Notes under the pieces: generated by a model
Databases searched by the model: none
What the model saw: the letters and a program-made list of their open reading frames with translations, nothing else
What the model was told of the DNA's origin: nothing
Made by a program: the position numbers and the translations under genes
Assembly (NCBI RefSeq): GCF_009914755.1
Contig: NC_060928.1
Length of the DNA stretch: 64,000 nt
Reading direction: 5' to 3' (one strand)
Source: the human T2T-CHM13v2.0 reference genome, Homo sapiens
In this document: positions 1 to 10,900 of the stretch, in pieces
How positions within the stretch are numbered: the first letter of the stretch is position 1
Layout: every line of letters starts with the position of its first letter

Positions 1-329
1 ACGGGAATATCTTCATAGAAAATCTAGACGGAAGCATTCTCAGAAACTGCTTTGTGATGTTTGCATTCAAGTCACAGAGTTGAATATTCCCTTTTATAGA
101 GTAGGTTTGAAACACTCTTTCGGCACTACCTGGAAGTGGATATTTCGAGCTCTTTGAGGCCTATGGTTAAAAGGAAATATCTTCCCATAAAAACTAGACA
201 GAAGCCGTCTCAGAAACTTGTTTGTGATGTGTGTATTCAACTAACAGAGTTGAACATTTCTGTTACAGAGCAATTTTAAAACACTCTTTTTGTGGAATCT
301 GAAAGTGGATAATTGGATAGCTTTGTGGA

Positions 330-346
330 TTTCGTTGGAAACGGGA
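330..346 (+). other. CENP-B box, intact core (monomer b; repeated in each unit carrying b)
   Basis: TTTCGTTGGAAACGGGA matches NTTCGNNNNANNCGGGN. Confidence 0.93.
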
Positions 347-667
347 TGACGTATAAAATCTAGAGAGAAGCATTCTCAGGAACTTCTTTCTGATGTTTGC
401 ATTCAAGTCACAGAATTGAACATTCCTTTTCATAGTGCAGGTTTGAAACACTCTTTCTGTAGTATCTGGAAGTGGACATTTCAAGCGCTTTCAGGCCTAC
501 GGGGAGAAAGGAAATATCTTCAAATAAAAACTAGACAGAAGGATTCTCAGAAACTTATTTGTGATGTGTGTCCTAAACGAACACAGTTGAACCTTTGTTT
601 TGATACAGCATTTTGGAAACACTCCTTTTGTAGGATCTGCAGGTGGATATTTGGATAGATTTTAAGA

Positions 668-684
668 TTTCGTTGGAAACGGGA
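668..684 (+). other. CENP-B box, intact core (monomer d)
   Basis: TTTCGTTGGAAACGGGA. Confidence 0.92.
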
Positions 685-1009
685 GTTTCTTCATAGAAAC
701 TCAAGACAGATGCATTCTCAGAAACATCTCTGTGATGTTTGCATTCCACTCATAGAGTTGAAAACTTCCTTTCATAGAGCAGGTTTGAAACACTCTTTTT
801 GTAATATGTGGAAGTGGACATTTGCAGCGCTTTGAGGCCTATGGTGAAAAAGGAAATATCTTCTCATAAAAACCAGAAACAAGCATTCTCAGAAACTTCT
901 TTTTGATGTGTGTACTCAAGTAACAGAGTTGAACCTTCCTTTTGACACAGCAGTTTTGAAACAATCTTTTTGTAGAATCTGCAAGTGGATATTTGGATAG
1001 CTTTGAGGA

Positions 1010-1026
1010 TTTCGTTGGAAACGGGA
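1010..1026 (+). other. CENP-B box, intact core (monomer f)
   Basis: TTTCGTTGGAAACGGGA. Confidence 0.92.
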
Positions 1027-1179
1027 TATCTTCATATAAAATCTAGACAGAAGCATTCTCAGAAACTTCTTTGTGCTGTATGTCCTCAATTAACAGAGTT
1101 GAACCATTGCTTGGATACAGCATTTTGGAAACATTCCTTGAGTAGAATCTGCAAGTTGATATTTAGATAGATTTGAAGA

Positions 1180-1196
1180 TTTCGTTGGAAAAGGGA
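1180..1196 (+). other. Degenerate CENP-B box (monomer g; CGGG>AGGG)
   Basis: TTTCGTTGGAAAAGGGA; an essential C is lost in all copies inspected. Confidence 0.88.
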
Positions 1197-1521
1197 ATAT
1201 CTCCATATAAAATCTAGAGGGAAGCATTCTCAGAAACTGCTTTGTGATGTTTCCATTCAAGTCACAGAGTTGAATATTCCCTTTTATAGAGCACGTTTGA
1301 AACACTCTTTCTGCACTATCTGGAAGTGGACATTTCGAGCGCTTTGAGGCCTATGGTGAAAAAGGAAATATCTTCCCATAAAAACTAGACAGAAGCATTC
1401 TCAGAAACTTGTTTGTGATGTGTGTATTCAACTAACAGAGTTGAACTTTTGTTTTTACAGAGCCGTTTTAAAACACTCTTTTTGTGGAATCAGAAAGTGG
1501 ATATTCGGATGGCTCTGAGGA

Positions 1522-1538
1522 TTTCGTTGGAAGCGGGA
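1522..1538 (+). other. CENP-B box, intact core (monomer i)
   Basis: TTTCGTTGGAAGCGGGA. Confidence 0.9.
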
Positions 1539-1859
1539 TTACATATAAAATCTAGAGAGAAGCATTCTCAGGAACTTCTTTGTGATGTTTGCATTGAAGT
1601 CACAGAATTGAACATTCACTTTGATAGAGCAGGTTTGAAACACTCATTCTGTAGTATCTGGAAGTGGACATTTCAAGCGCTTTCAGGCCTATGGTGAGAA
1701 AGGAAATATCTTCGAATAAAAACTAGACAGAAGCATCCTCAGAAACTTATTTGTGATGTGTGTCCTCAACTAACAGAGTTGAAACTTTGTTTTGATACAG
1801 CATTTTGGAAACACTCTTTTTGTAGAATCTGCAGGTGGATATTTGGATAGCTTAGAGGG

Positions 1860-1876
1860 ATTCGTTGGAAAGGGGA
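1860..1876 (+). other. Degenerate CENP-B box (monomer k; CGGG>GGGG)
   Basis: ATTCGTTGGAAAGGGGA. Confidence 0.88.
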
Positions 1877-2029
1877 TATCTTCATATAAAATCTAGACAG
1901 AAGCATTCTCAGAAACTTATTTGTGATGTGTGTCCTCAACTAACAGAGTTGAACCTTGGTTTTGATACAGCATTTTGGAAACACTCCTTTTGTAGACTCT
2001 GCAGGTGGATATGTGGATAGCTCTGAAGA

Positions 2030-2046
2030 TTTCGTTGGAAACGGGA
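2030..2046 (+). other. CENP-B box, intact core (monomer l)
   Basis: TTTCGTTGGAAACGGGA. Confidence 0.92.
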
Positions 2047-2370
2047 ATTTCTTCATATAAAATCAAACAGAAGCATTCTCAGAAACTTCTCAGTGATGTT
2101 TGCATTCAGCTCATGGAGTTGAACACTTCCTTTCATAGAGCCGGTTTGAAACACTCTTTCTGCACTACCTGGAAGAGGACATTTCGAGCGCTTTGAGTCC
2201 TATGGTGAAAAAGGAAATATCTTCTCATAAAAACCAGAAAGAAGCATTCTCAGAAACTTCTTTGTGTTGTGTGTACTCAAGTAACAGTGTTGAACCTTCC
2301 TTTTGACACAGCAGTTTTGAAACACTCTTTTTGTAGAATCTGCAAGTGGATATTTGGATAGCTTTGAGGA

Positions 2371-2387
2371 TTTCGTTGGAAACGGGT
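2371..2387 (+). other. CENP-B box, intact core (monomer n)
   Basis: TTTCGTTGGAAACGGGT. Confidence 0.9.
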
Positions 2388-2540
2388 TATCTTCATATAA
2401 AATCCAGACAGGAGCATTCTCAGAAACTTCTTTGTGCTGCATGTCCTCAATTCACAGAGCTGAACCTTTGTTTGGATACAGCATTTTGGAAACATTCCTT
2501 TAGTAGAATCTGCAAGTTGATATTTAGATAGCTTTGAAGA

Positions 2541-2557
2541 TTTCGTTGGAAACGGGA
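2541..2557 (+). other. CENP-B box, intact core (monomer o), only 170 bp after the box in n
   Basis: TTTCGTTGGAAACGGGA. Confidence 0.92.
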
Positions 2558-2697
2558 ATATCTTCATAGAAAATCTAGACGGAAGCATTCTCAGAAACTG
2601 CTTTGTGATGTTTGCATTCAAGTCACAGAGTTGAATATTCCCTTTTATAGAGTAGGTTTGAAACACTCTTTCGGCACTACCTGGAATTGGATATTTC

Positions 2698-4056
2698 GAG
2701 CTCTTTGAGGCCTATGGTTAAAAGGAAATATCTTCCCATAAAAACTAGACAGAAGCCGTCTCAGAAACTTGTTTGTGATGTGTGTATTCAACTAACAGAG
2801 TTGAACATTTCTGTTACAGAGCAATTTGAAAACACTCTTTTTGTGGAATCTGAAAGTGGATAATTGGATAGCTTTGTGGATTTCGTTGGAAACGGGATGA
2901 CGTATAAAATCTAGAGAGAAGCATTCTCAGGAACTTCTTTCTGATGTTTGCATTCAAGTCACAGAATTGAACATTCCTTTTCATAGTGCAGGTTTGAAAC
3001 ACTCTTTCTGTAGTATCTGGAAGTGGACATTTCAAGCGCTTTCAGGCCTATGGTGAGAAAGGAAATATCTTCGAATAAAAACTAGACAGAAGCATCCTCA
3101 GAAACTTATTTGTGATGTGTGTCCTCAACTAACAGAGTTGAAACTTTGTTTTGATACAGCATTTTGGAAACACTCTTTTTGTAGAATCTGCAGGTGGATA
3201 TTTGGATAGCTTAGAGGGATTCGTTGGAAAGGGGATATCTTCATATAAAATCTAGACAGAAGCATTCTCAGAAACTTATTTGTGATGTGTGTCCTCAACT
3301 AACAGAGTTGAACCTTGGTTTTGATACAGCATTTTGGAAACACTCCTTTTGTAGAATCTGCAGGTGGATATGTGGATAGCTCTGAAGATTTCGTTGGAAA
3401 CGGGAATTTCTTCATATAAAATCAAACAGAAGCATTCTCAGAAACTTCTCAGTGATGTTTGCATTCAGCTCATGGAGTTGAACACTTCCTTTCATAGAGC
3501 CGGTTTGAAACACTCTTTCTGCACTACCTGGAAGAGGACATTTCGAGCGCTTTGAGTCCTATGGTGAAAAAGGAAATATCTTCTCATAAAAACCAGAAAG
3601 AAGCATTCTCAGAAACTTCTTTGTGTTGTGTGTACTCAAGTAACAGTGTTGAACCTTCCTTTTGACACAGCAGTTTTGAAACACTCTTTTTGTAGAATCT
3701 GCAAGTGGATATTTGGATAGCTTTGAGGATTTCGTTGGAAACGGGTTATCTTCATATAAAATCCAGACAGGAACATTCTCAGAAACTTCTTTGTGCTGCA
3801 TGTCCTCAATTCACAGAGCTGAACCTTTGTTTGGATACAGCATTTTGGAAACATTCCTTTAGTAGAATCTGCAAGTTGATATTTAGATAGCTTTGAAGAT
3901 TTCGTTGGAAACGGGAATATCTTCATAGAAAATCTAGACGGAAGCATTCTCAGAAACTGCTTTGTGATGTTTGCATTCAAGTCACAGAGTTGAATATTCC
4001 CTTTTATAGAGTAGGTTTGAAACACTCTTTCGGCACTACCTGGAAGTGGATATTTC
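2698..4056 (+). repeat. 8-mer HOR variant (1359 bp) with a c/j hybrid monomer
   Basis: The 5' part of monomer c (CATAGTGCAGG, ACTCTTTCTG) joins the 3' part of j (CCTATGGTGAG...TCTTCGAATA). Seven monomers (1192 bp) are missing relative to the 15-mer. Confidence 0.92.
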
Positions 4057-6607
4057 GAGCTCTTTGAGGCCTATGGTTAAAAGGAAATATCTTCCCATAA
4101 AAACTAGACAGAAGCCGTCTCAGAAACTTGTTTGTGATGTGTGTATTCAACTAACAGAGTTGAACATTTCTGTTACAGAGCAATTTGAAAACACTCTTTT
4201 TGTGGAATCTGAAAGTGGATAATTGGATAGCTTTGTGGATTTCGTTGGAAACGGGATGACGTATGAAATCTAGAGAGAAGCATTCTCAGGAACTTCTTTC
4301 TGATGTTTGCATTCAAGTCACAGAATTGAACATTCCTTTTCATAGTGCAGGTTTGAAACACTCTTTCTGTAGTATCTGGAAGTGGACATTTCAAGCGCTT
4401 TCAGGCCTACGGGGAGAAAGGAAATATCTTCAAATAAAAACTAGACAGAAGGATTCTCAGAAACTTATTTGTGATGTGTGTCCTAAACGAACACAGTTGA
4501 ACCTTTGTTTTGATACAGCATTTTGGAAACACTCCTTTTGTAGGATCTGCAGGTGGATATTTGGATAGATTTTAAGATTTCGTTGGAAACGGGAGTTTCT
4601 TCATAGAAACTCAAGACAGATGCATTCTCAGAAACATCTCTGTGATGTTTGCATTCCACTCATAGAGTTGAAAACTTCCTTTCATAGAGCAGGTTTGAAA
4701 CACTCTTTTTGTAATATTTGGAAGTGGACATTTGCAGCGCTTTGAGGCCTATGGTGAAAAAGGAAATATCTTCTCATAAAAACCAGAAACAAGCATTCTC
4801 AGAAACTTCTTTTTGATGTGTGTACTCAAGTAACAGAGTTGAACCTTCCTTTTGACACAGCAGTTTTGAAACAATCTTTTTGTAGAATCTGCAAGTGGAT
4901 ATTTGGATAGCTTTGAGGATTTCGTTGGAAACGGGATATCTTCATATAAAATCTAGACAGAAGCATTCTCAGAAACTTCTTTGTGCTGTATGTCCTCAAT
5001 TAACAGAGTTGAACCATTGCTTGGATACAGCATTTTGGAAACATTCCTTGAGTAGAATCTGCAAGTTGATATTTAGATAGATTTGAAGATTTCGTTGGAA
5101 AAGGGAATATCTCCATATAAAATCTAGAGGGAAGCATTCTCAGAAACTGCTTTGTGATGTTTCCATTCAAGTCACAGAGTTGAATATTCCCTTTTATAGA
5201 GCACGTTTGAAACACTCTTTCTGCACTATCTGGAAGTGGACATTTCGAGCGCTTTGAGGCCTATGGTGAAAAAGGAAATATCTTCCCATAAAAACTAGAC
5301 AGAAGCATTCTCAGAAACTTGTTTGTGATGTGTGTATTCAACTAACAGAGTTGAACTTTTGTTTTTACAGAGCCGTTTTAAAACACTCTTTTTGTGGAAT
5401 CAGAAAGTGGATATTCGGATGGCTCTGAGGATTTCGTTGGAAGCGGGATTACATATAAAATCTAGAGAGAAGCATTCTCAGGAACTTCTTTGTGATGTTT
5501 GCATTGAAGTCACAGAATTGAACATTCACTTTGATAGAGCAGGTTTGAAACACTCATTCTGTAGTATCTGGAAGTGGACATTTCAAGCGCTTTCAGGCCT
5601 ATGGTGAGAAAGGAAATATCTTCGAATAAAAACTAGACAGAAGCATCCTCAGAAACTTATTTGTGATGTGTGTCCTCAACTAACAGAGTTGAAACTTTGT
5701 TTTGATACAGCATTTTGGAAACACTCTTTTTGTAGAATCTGCAGGTGGATATTTGGATAGCTTAGAGGGATTCGTTGGAAAGGGGATATCTTCATATAAA
5801 ATCTAGACAGAAGCATTCTCAGAAACTTATTTGTGATGTGTGTCCTCAGCTAACAGAGTTGAACCTTGGTTTTGATACAGCATTTTGGAAACACTCCTTT
5901 TGTAGAATCTGCAGGTGGATATGTGGATAGCTCTGAAGATTTCGTTGGAAACGGGAATTTCTTCATATAAAATCAAACAGAAGCATTCTCAGAAACTTCT
6001 CAGTGATGTTTGCATTCAGCTCATGGAGTTGAACACTTCCTTTCATAGAGCCGGTTTGAAACACTCTTTCTGCACTACCTGGAAGAGGACATTTCGAGCG
6101 CTTTGAGTCCTATGGTGAAAAAGGAAATATCTTCTCATAAAAACCAGAAAGAAGCATTCTCAGAAACTTCTTTGTGTTGTGTGTACTCAAGTAACAGTGT
6201 TGAACCTTCCTTTTGACACAGCAGTTTTGAAACACTCTTTTTGTAGAATCTGCAAGTGGATATTTGGATAGCTTTGAGGATTTCGTTGGAAACGGGTTAT
6301 CTTCATATAAAATCCAGACAGGAGCATTCTCAGAAACTTCTTTGTGCTGCATGTCCTCAATTCACAGAGCTGAACCTTTGTTTGGATACAGCATTTTGGA
6401 AACATTCCTTTAGTAGAATCTGCAAGTTGATATTTAGATAGCTTTGAAGATTTCGTTGGAAACGGGAATATCTTCATAGAAAATCTAGACGGAAGCATTC
6501 TCAGAAACTGCTTTGTGATGTTTGCATTCAAGTCACAGAGTTGAATATTCCCTTTTATAGAGTAGGTTTGAAACACTCTTTCGGCACTACCTGGAAGTGG
6601 ATATTTC

Positions 6608-7966
6608 GAGCTCTTTGAGGCCTATGGTTAAAAGGAAATATCTTCCCATAAAAACTAGACAGAAGCCGTCTCAGAAACTTGTTTGTGATGTGTGTATTCA
6701 ACTAACAGAGTTGAACATTTCTGTTACAGAGCAATTTTAAAACACTCTTTTTGTGGAATCTGAAAGTGGATAATTGGATAGCTTTGTGGATTTCGTTGGA
6801 AACGGGATGACGTATAAAATCTAGAGAGAAGCATTCTCAGGAACTTCTTTCTGATGTTTGCATTCAAGTCACAGAATTGAACATTCCTTTTCATAGTGCA
6901 GGTTTGAAACACTCTTTCTGTAGTATCTGGAAGTGGACATTTCAAGCGCTTTCAGGCCTATGGTGAGAAAGGAAATATCTTCGAATAAAAACTAGACAGA
7001 AGCATCCTCAGAAACTTATTTGTGATGTGTGTCCTCAACTAACAGAGTTGAAACTTTGTTTTGATACAGCATTTTGGAAACACTCTTTTTGTAGAATCTG
7101 CAGGTGGATATTTGGATAGCTTAGAGGGATTCGTTGGAAAGGGGATATCTTCATATAAAATCTAGACAGAAGCATTCTCAGAAACTTATTTGTGATGTGT
7201 GTCCTCAACTAACAGAGTTGAACCTTGGTTTTGATACAGCATTTTGGAAACACTCCTTTTGTAGAATCTGCAGGTGGATATGTGGATAGCTCTGAAGATT
7301 TCGTTGGAAACGGGAATTTCTTCATATAAAATCAAACAGAAGCATTCTCAGAAACTTCTCAGTGATGTTTGCATTCAGCTCATGGAGTTGAACACTTCCT
7401 TTCATAGAGCCGGTTTGAAACACTCTTTCTGCACTACCTGGAAGAGGACATTTCGAGCGCTTTGACTCCTATGGTGAAAAAGGAAATATCTTCTCATAAA
7501 AACCAGAAAGAAGCATTCTCAGAAACTTCTTTGTGTTGTGTGTACTCATGTAACAGTGTTGAACCTTCCTTTTGACACAGCAGTTTTGAAACACTCTTTT
7601 GGTAGAATCTGCAAGTGGATATTTGGATAGCTTTGAGGATTTCGTTGGAAACGGGTTATCTTCATATAAAATCCAGACAGGAGCATTCTCAGAAACTTCT
7701 TTGTGCTGCATGTCCTCAATTCACAGAGCTGAACCTTTGTTTGGATACAGCATTTTGGAAACATTCCTTTAGTAGAATCTGCAAGTTGATATTTAGATAG
7801 CTTTGAAGATTTCGTTGGAAACGGGAATATCTTCATAGAAAATCTAGACGGAAGCATTCTCAGAAACTGCTTTGTGATGTTTGCATTCAAGTCACAGAGT
7901 TGAATATTCCCTTTTATAGAGTAGGTTTGAAACACTCTTTCGGCACTACCTGCAAGTGGATATTTC
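6608..7966 (+). repeat. 8-mer HOR variant (1359 bp), second copy
   Basis: Same c/j junction at 6916-6960. Confidence 0.92.
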
Positions 7967-10900
7967 GAGCTCTTTGAGGCCTATGGTTAAAAGGAAATAT
8001 CTTCCCATAAAAACTAGACAGAAGCCGTCTCAGAAACTTGTTTGTGATGTGTGTATTCAACTAACAGAGTTGAACATTTCAGTTACAGAGCAATTTTAAA
8101 ACACTCTTTTTGTGGAATCTGAAAGTGGATAATTGGATAGCTTTGTGGATTTCGTTGGAAACGGGATGACGTATAAAATCTAGAGAGAAGCATTCTCAGG
8201 AACTTCTTTCTGATGTTTGCATTCAAGTCACAGAATTGAACATTCCTTTTCATAGTGCAGGTTTGAAACACTCTTTCTGTAGTATCTGGAAGTGGACATT
8301 TCAAGCGCTTTCAGGCCTACGGGGAGAAAGGAAATATCTTCAAATAAAAACTAGACAGAAGGATTCTCAGAAACTTATTTGTGATGTGTGTCCTAAACGA
8401 ACACAGTTGAACCTTTGTTTTGATACAGCATTTTGGAAACACTCCTTTTGTAGGATCTGCAGGTGGATATTTGGATAGATTTTAAGATTTCGTTGGAAAC
8501 GGGAGTTTCTTCATAGAAACTCAAGACAGATGCATTCTCAGAAACATCTCTGTGATGTTTGCATTCCACTCATAGAGTTGAAAACTTCCTTTCATAGAGC
8601 AGGTTTGAAACACTCTTTTTGTAATATTTGGAAGTGGACATTTGCAGCGCTTTGAGGCCTATGGTGAAAAAGGAAATATCTTCTCATAAAAACCAGAAAC
8701 AAGCATTCTCAGAAACTTCTTTTTGATGTGTGTACTCAAGTAACAGAGTTGAACCTTCCTTTTGACACAGCAGTTTTGAAACAATCTTTTTGTAGAATCT
8801 GCAAGTGGATATTTGGATAGCTTTGAGGATTTCGTTGGAAACGGGATATCTTCATATAAAATCTAGACAGAAGCATTCTCAGAAACTTCTTTGTGCTGTA
8901 TGTCCTCAATTAACAGAGTTGAACCATTGCTTGGATACAGCATTTTGGAAACATTCCTTGAGTAGAATCTGCAAGTTGATATTTAGATAGATTTGAAGAT
9001 TTCGTTGGAAAAGGGAATATCTCCATAGAAAATCTAGAGGGAAGCATTCTCAGAAACTGCTTTGTGATGTTTCCATTCAAGTCACAGAGTTGAATATTCC
9101 CTTTTATAGAGCACGTTTGAAACACTCTTTCTGCACTATCTGGAAGTGGACATTTCGAGCGCTTTGAGGCCTATGGTGAAAAAGGAAATATCTTCCCATA
9201 AAAACTAGACAGAAGCATTCTCAGAAACTTGTTTGTGATGTGTGTATTCAACTAACAGAGTTGAACTTTTGTTTTTACAGAGCCGTTTTAAAACACTCTT
9301 TTTGTGGAATCAGAAAGTGGATATTCGGATGGCTCTGAGGATTTCGTTGGAAGCGGGATTACATATAAAATCTAGAGAGAAGCATTCTCAGGAACTTCTT
9401 TGTGATGTTTGCATTGAAGTCACAGAATTGAACATTCACTTTGATAGAGCAGGTTTGAAACACTCATTCTGTAGTATCTGGAAGTGGACATTTCAAGCGC
9501 TTTCAGGCCTATGGTGAGAAAGGAAATATCTTCGAATAAAAACTAGACAGAAGCATCCTCAGAAACTTATTTGTGATGTGTGTCCTCAACTAACAGAGTT
9601 GAACCTTTGTTTTGATACAGCATTTTGGAAACACTCTTTTTGTAGAATCTGCAGGTGGATATTTGGATAGCTTAGAGGGATTCGTTGGAAAGGGGATATC
9701 TTCATATAAAATCTAGACAGAAGCATTCTCAGAAACTTATTTGTGATGTGTGTCCTCAACTAACAGAGTTGAACCTTGGTTTTGATACAGCATTTTGGAA
9801 ACTCTCCTTTTGTAGAATCTGCAGGTGGATATGTGGATAGCTCTGAAGATTTCGTTGGAAACGGGAATTTCTTCATATAAAATCAAACAGAAGCATTCTC
9901 AGAAACTTCTCAGTGATGTTTGCATTCAGCTCATGGAGTTGAACACTTCCTTTCATAGAGCCGGTTTGAAACACTCTTTCTGCACTACCTGGAAGAGGAC
10001 ATTTCGAGCGCTTTGACTCCTATGGTGAAAAAGGAAATATCTTCTCATAAAAACCAGAAAGAAGCATTCTCAGAAAATTCTTTGTGTTGTGTGTACTCAT
10101 GTAACAGTGTTGAACCTTCCTTTTGACACAGCAGTTTTGAAACACTGTTTTGGTAGAATCTGCAAGTGGATATTTGGATAGCTTTGAGGATTTCGTTGGA
10201 AACGGGTTATCTTCATATAAAATCCAGACAGGAGCATTCTCAGAAACTTCTTTGTGCTGCATGTCCTCAATTCACAGAGCTGAACCTTTGTTTGGATACA
10301 GCATTTTGGAAACATTCCTTTAGTAGAATCTGCAAGTTGATATTTAGATAGCTTTGAAGATTTCGTTGGAAACGGGAATATCTTCATAGAAAATCTAGAC
10401 GGAAGCATTCTCAGAAACTGCTTTGTGATGTTTGCATTCAAGTCACAGAGTTGAATATTCCCTTTTATAGAGTAGGTTTGAAACACTCTTTCGGCACTAC
10501 CTGGAAGTGGATATTTCGAGCTCTTTGAGGCCTATGGTTAAAAGGAAATATCTTCCCATAAAAACTAGACAGAAGCCGTCTCAGAAACTTGTTTGTGATG
10601 TGTGTATTCAACTAACAGAGTTGAACATTTCTGTTACAGAGCAATTTTAAAACACTCTTTTTGTGGAATCTGAAAGTGGATAATTGGATAGCTTTGTGGA
10701 TTTCGTTGGAAACGGGATGACGTATAAAATCTAGAGAGAAGCATTCTCAGGAACTTCTTTCTGATGTTTGCATTCAAGTCACAGAATTGAACATTCCTTT
10801 TCATAGTGCAGGTTTGAAACACTCTTTCTGTAGTATCTGGAAGTGGACATTTCAAGCGCTTTCAGGCCTACGGGGAGAAAGGAAATATCTTCAAATAAAA

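Larger units (their letters stand above)
35..2585 (+). repeat. Reference 15-mer HOR (2551 bp), monomers a-o with types A B A B A B B* A B A B* B A B B (B* = degenerate CENP-B box)
   Basis: Monomer starts read at 35, 205, 371, 542, 713, 884, 1054, 1225, 1396, 1563, 1734, 1904, 2074, 2245 and 2415. Monomer a recurs at 2586. Confidence 0.92.
147..7966 (+). repeat. Two tandem copies of a 3910-bp (15-mer + 8-mer = 23-mer) super-unit
   Basis: GAGCTC anchors at 147, 2698, 4057, 6608 and 7967 (spacings 2551, 1359, 2551, 1359). The ORF track recurs with the same spacings. Confidence 0.92.

Noticed and set aside
345-358. TGACGT (CRE-like half-site) followed by TATAAAA (TATA-like) in monomer b
   Set aside because: Short motifs are expected in AT-rich satellite, arising here from the small deletion after the CENP-B box. 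The sequence alone gives no evidence of promoter function.
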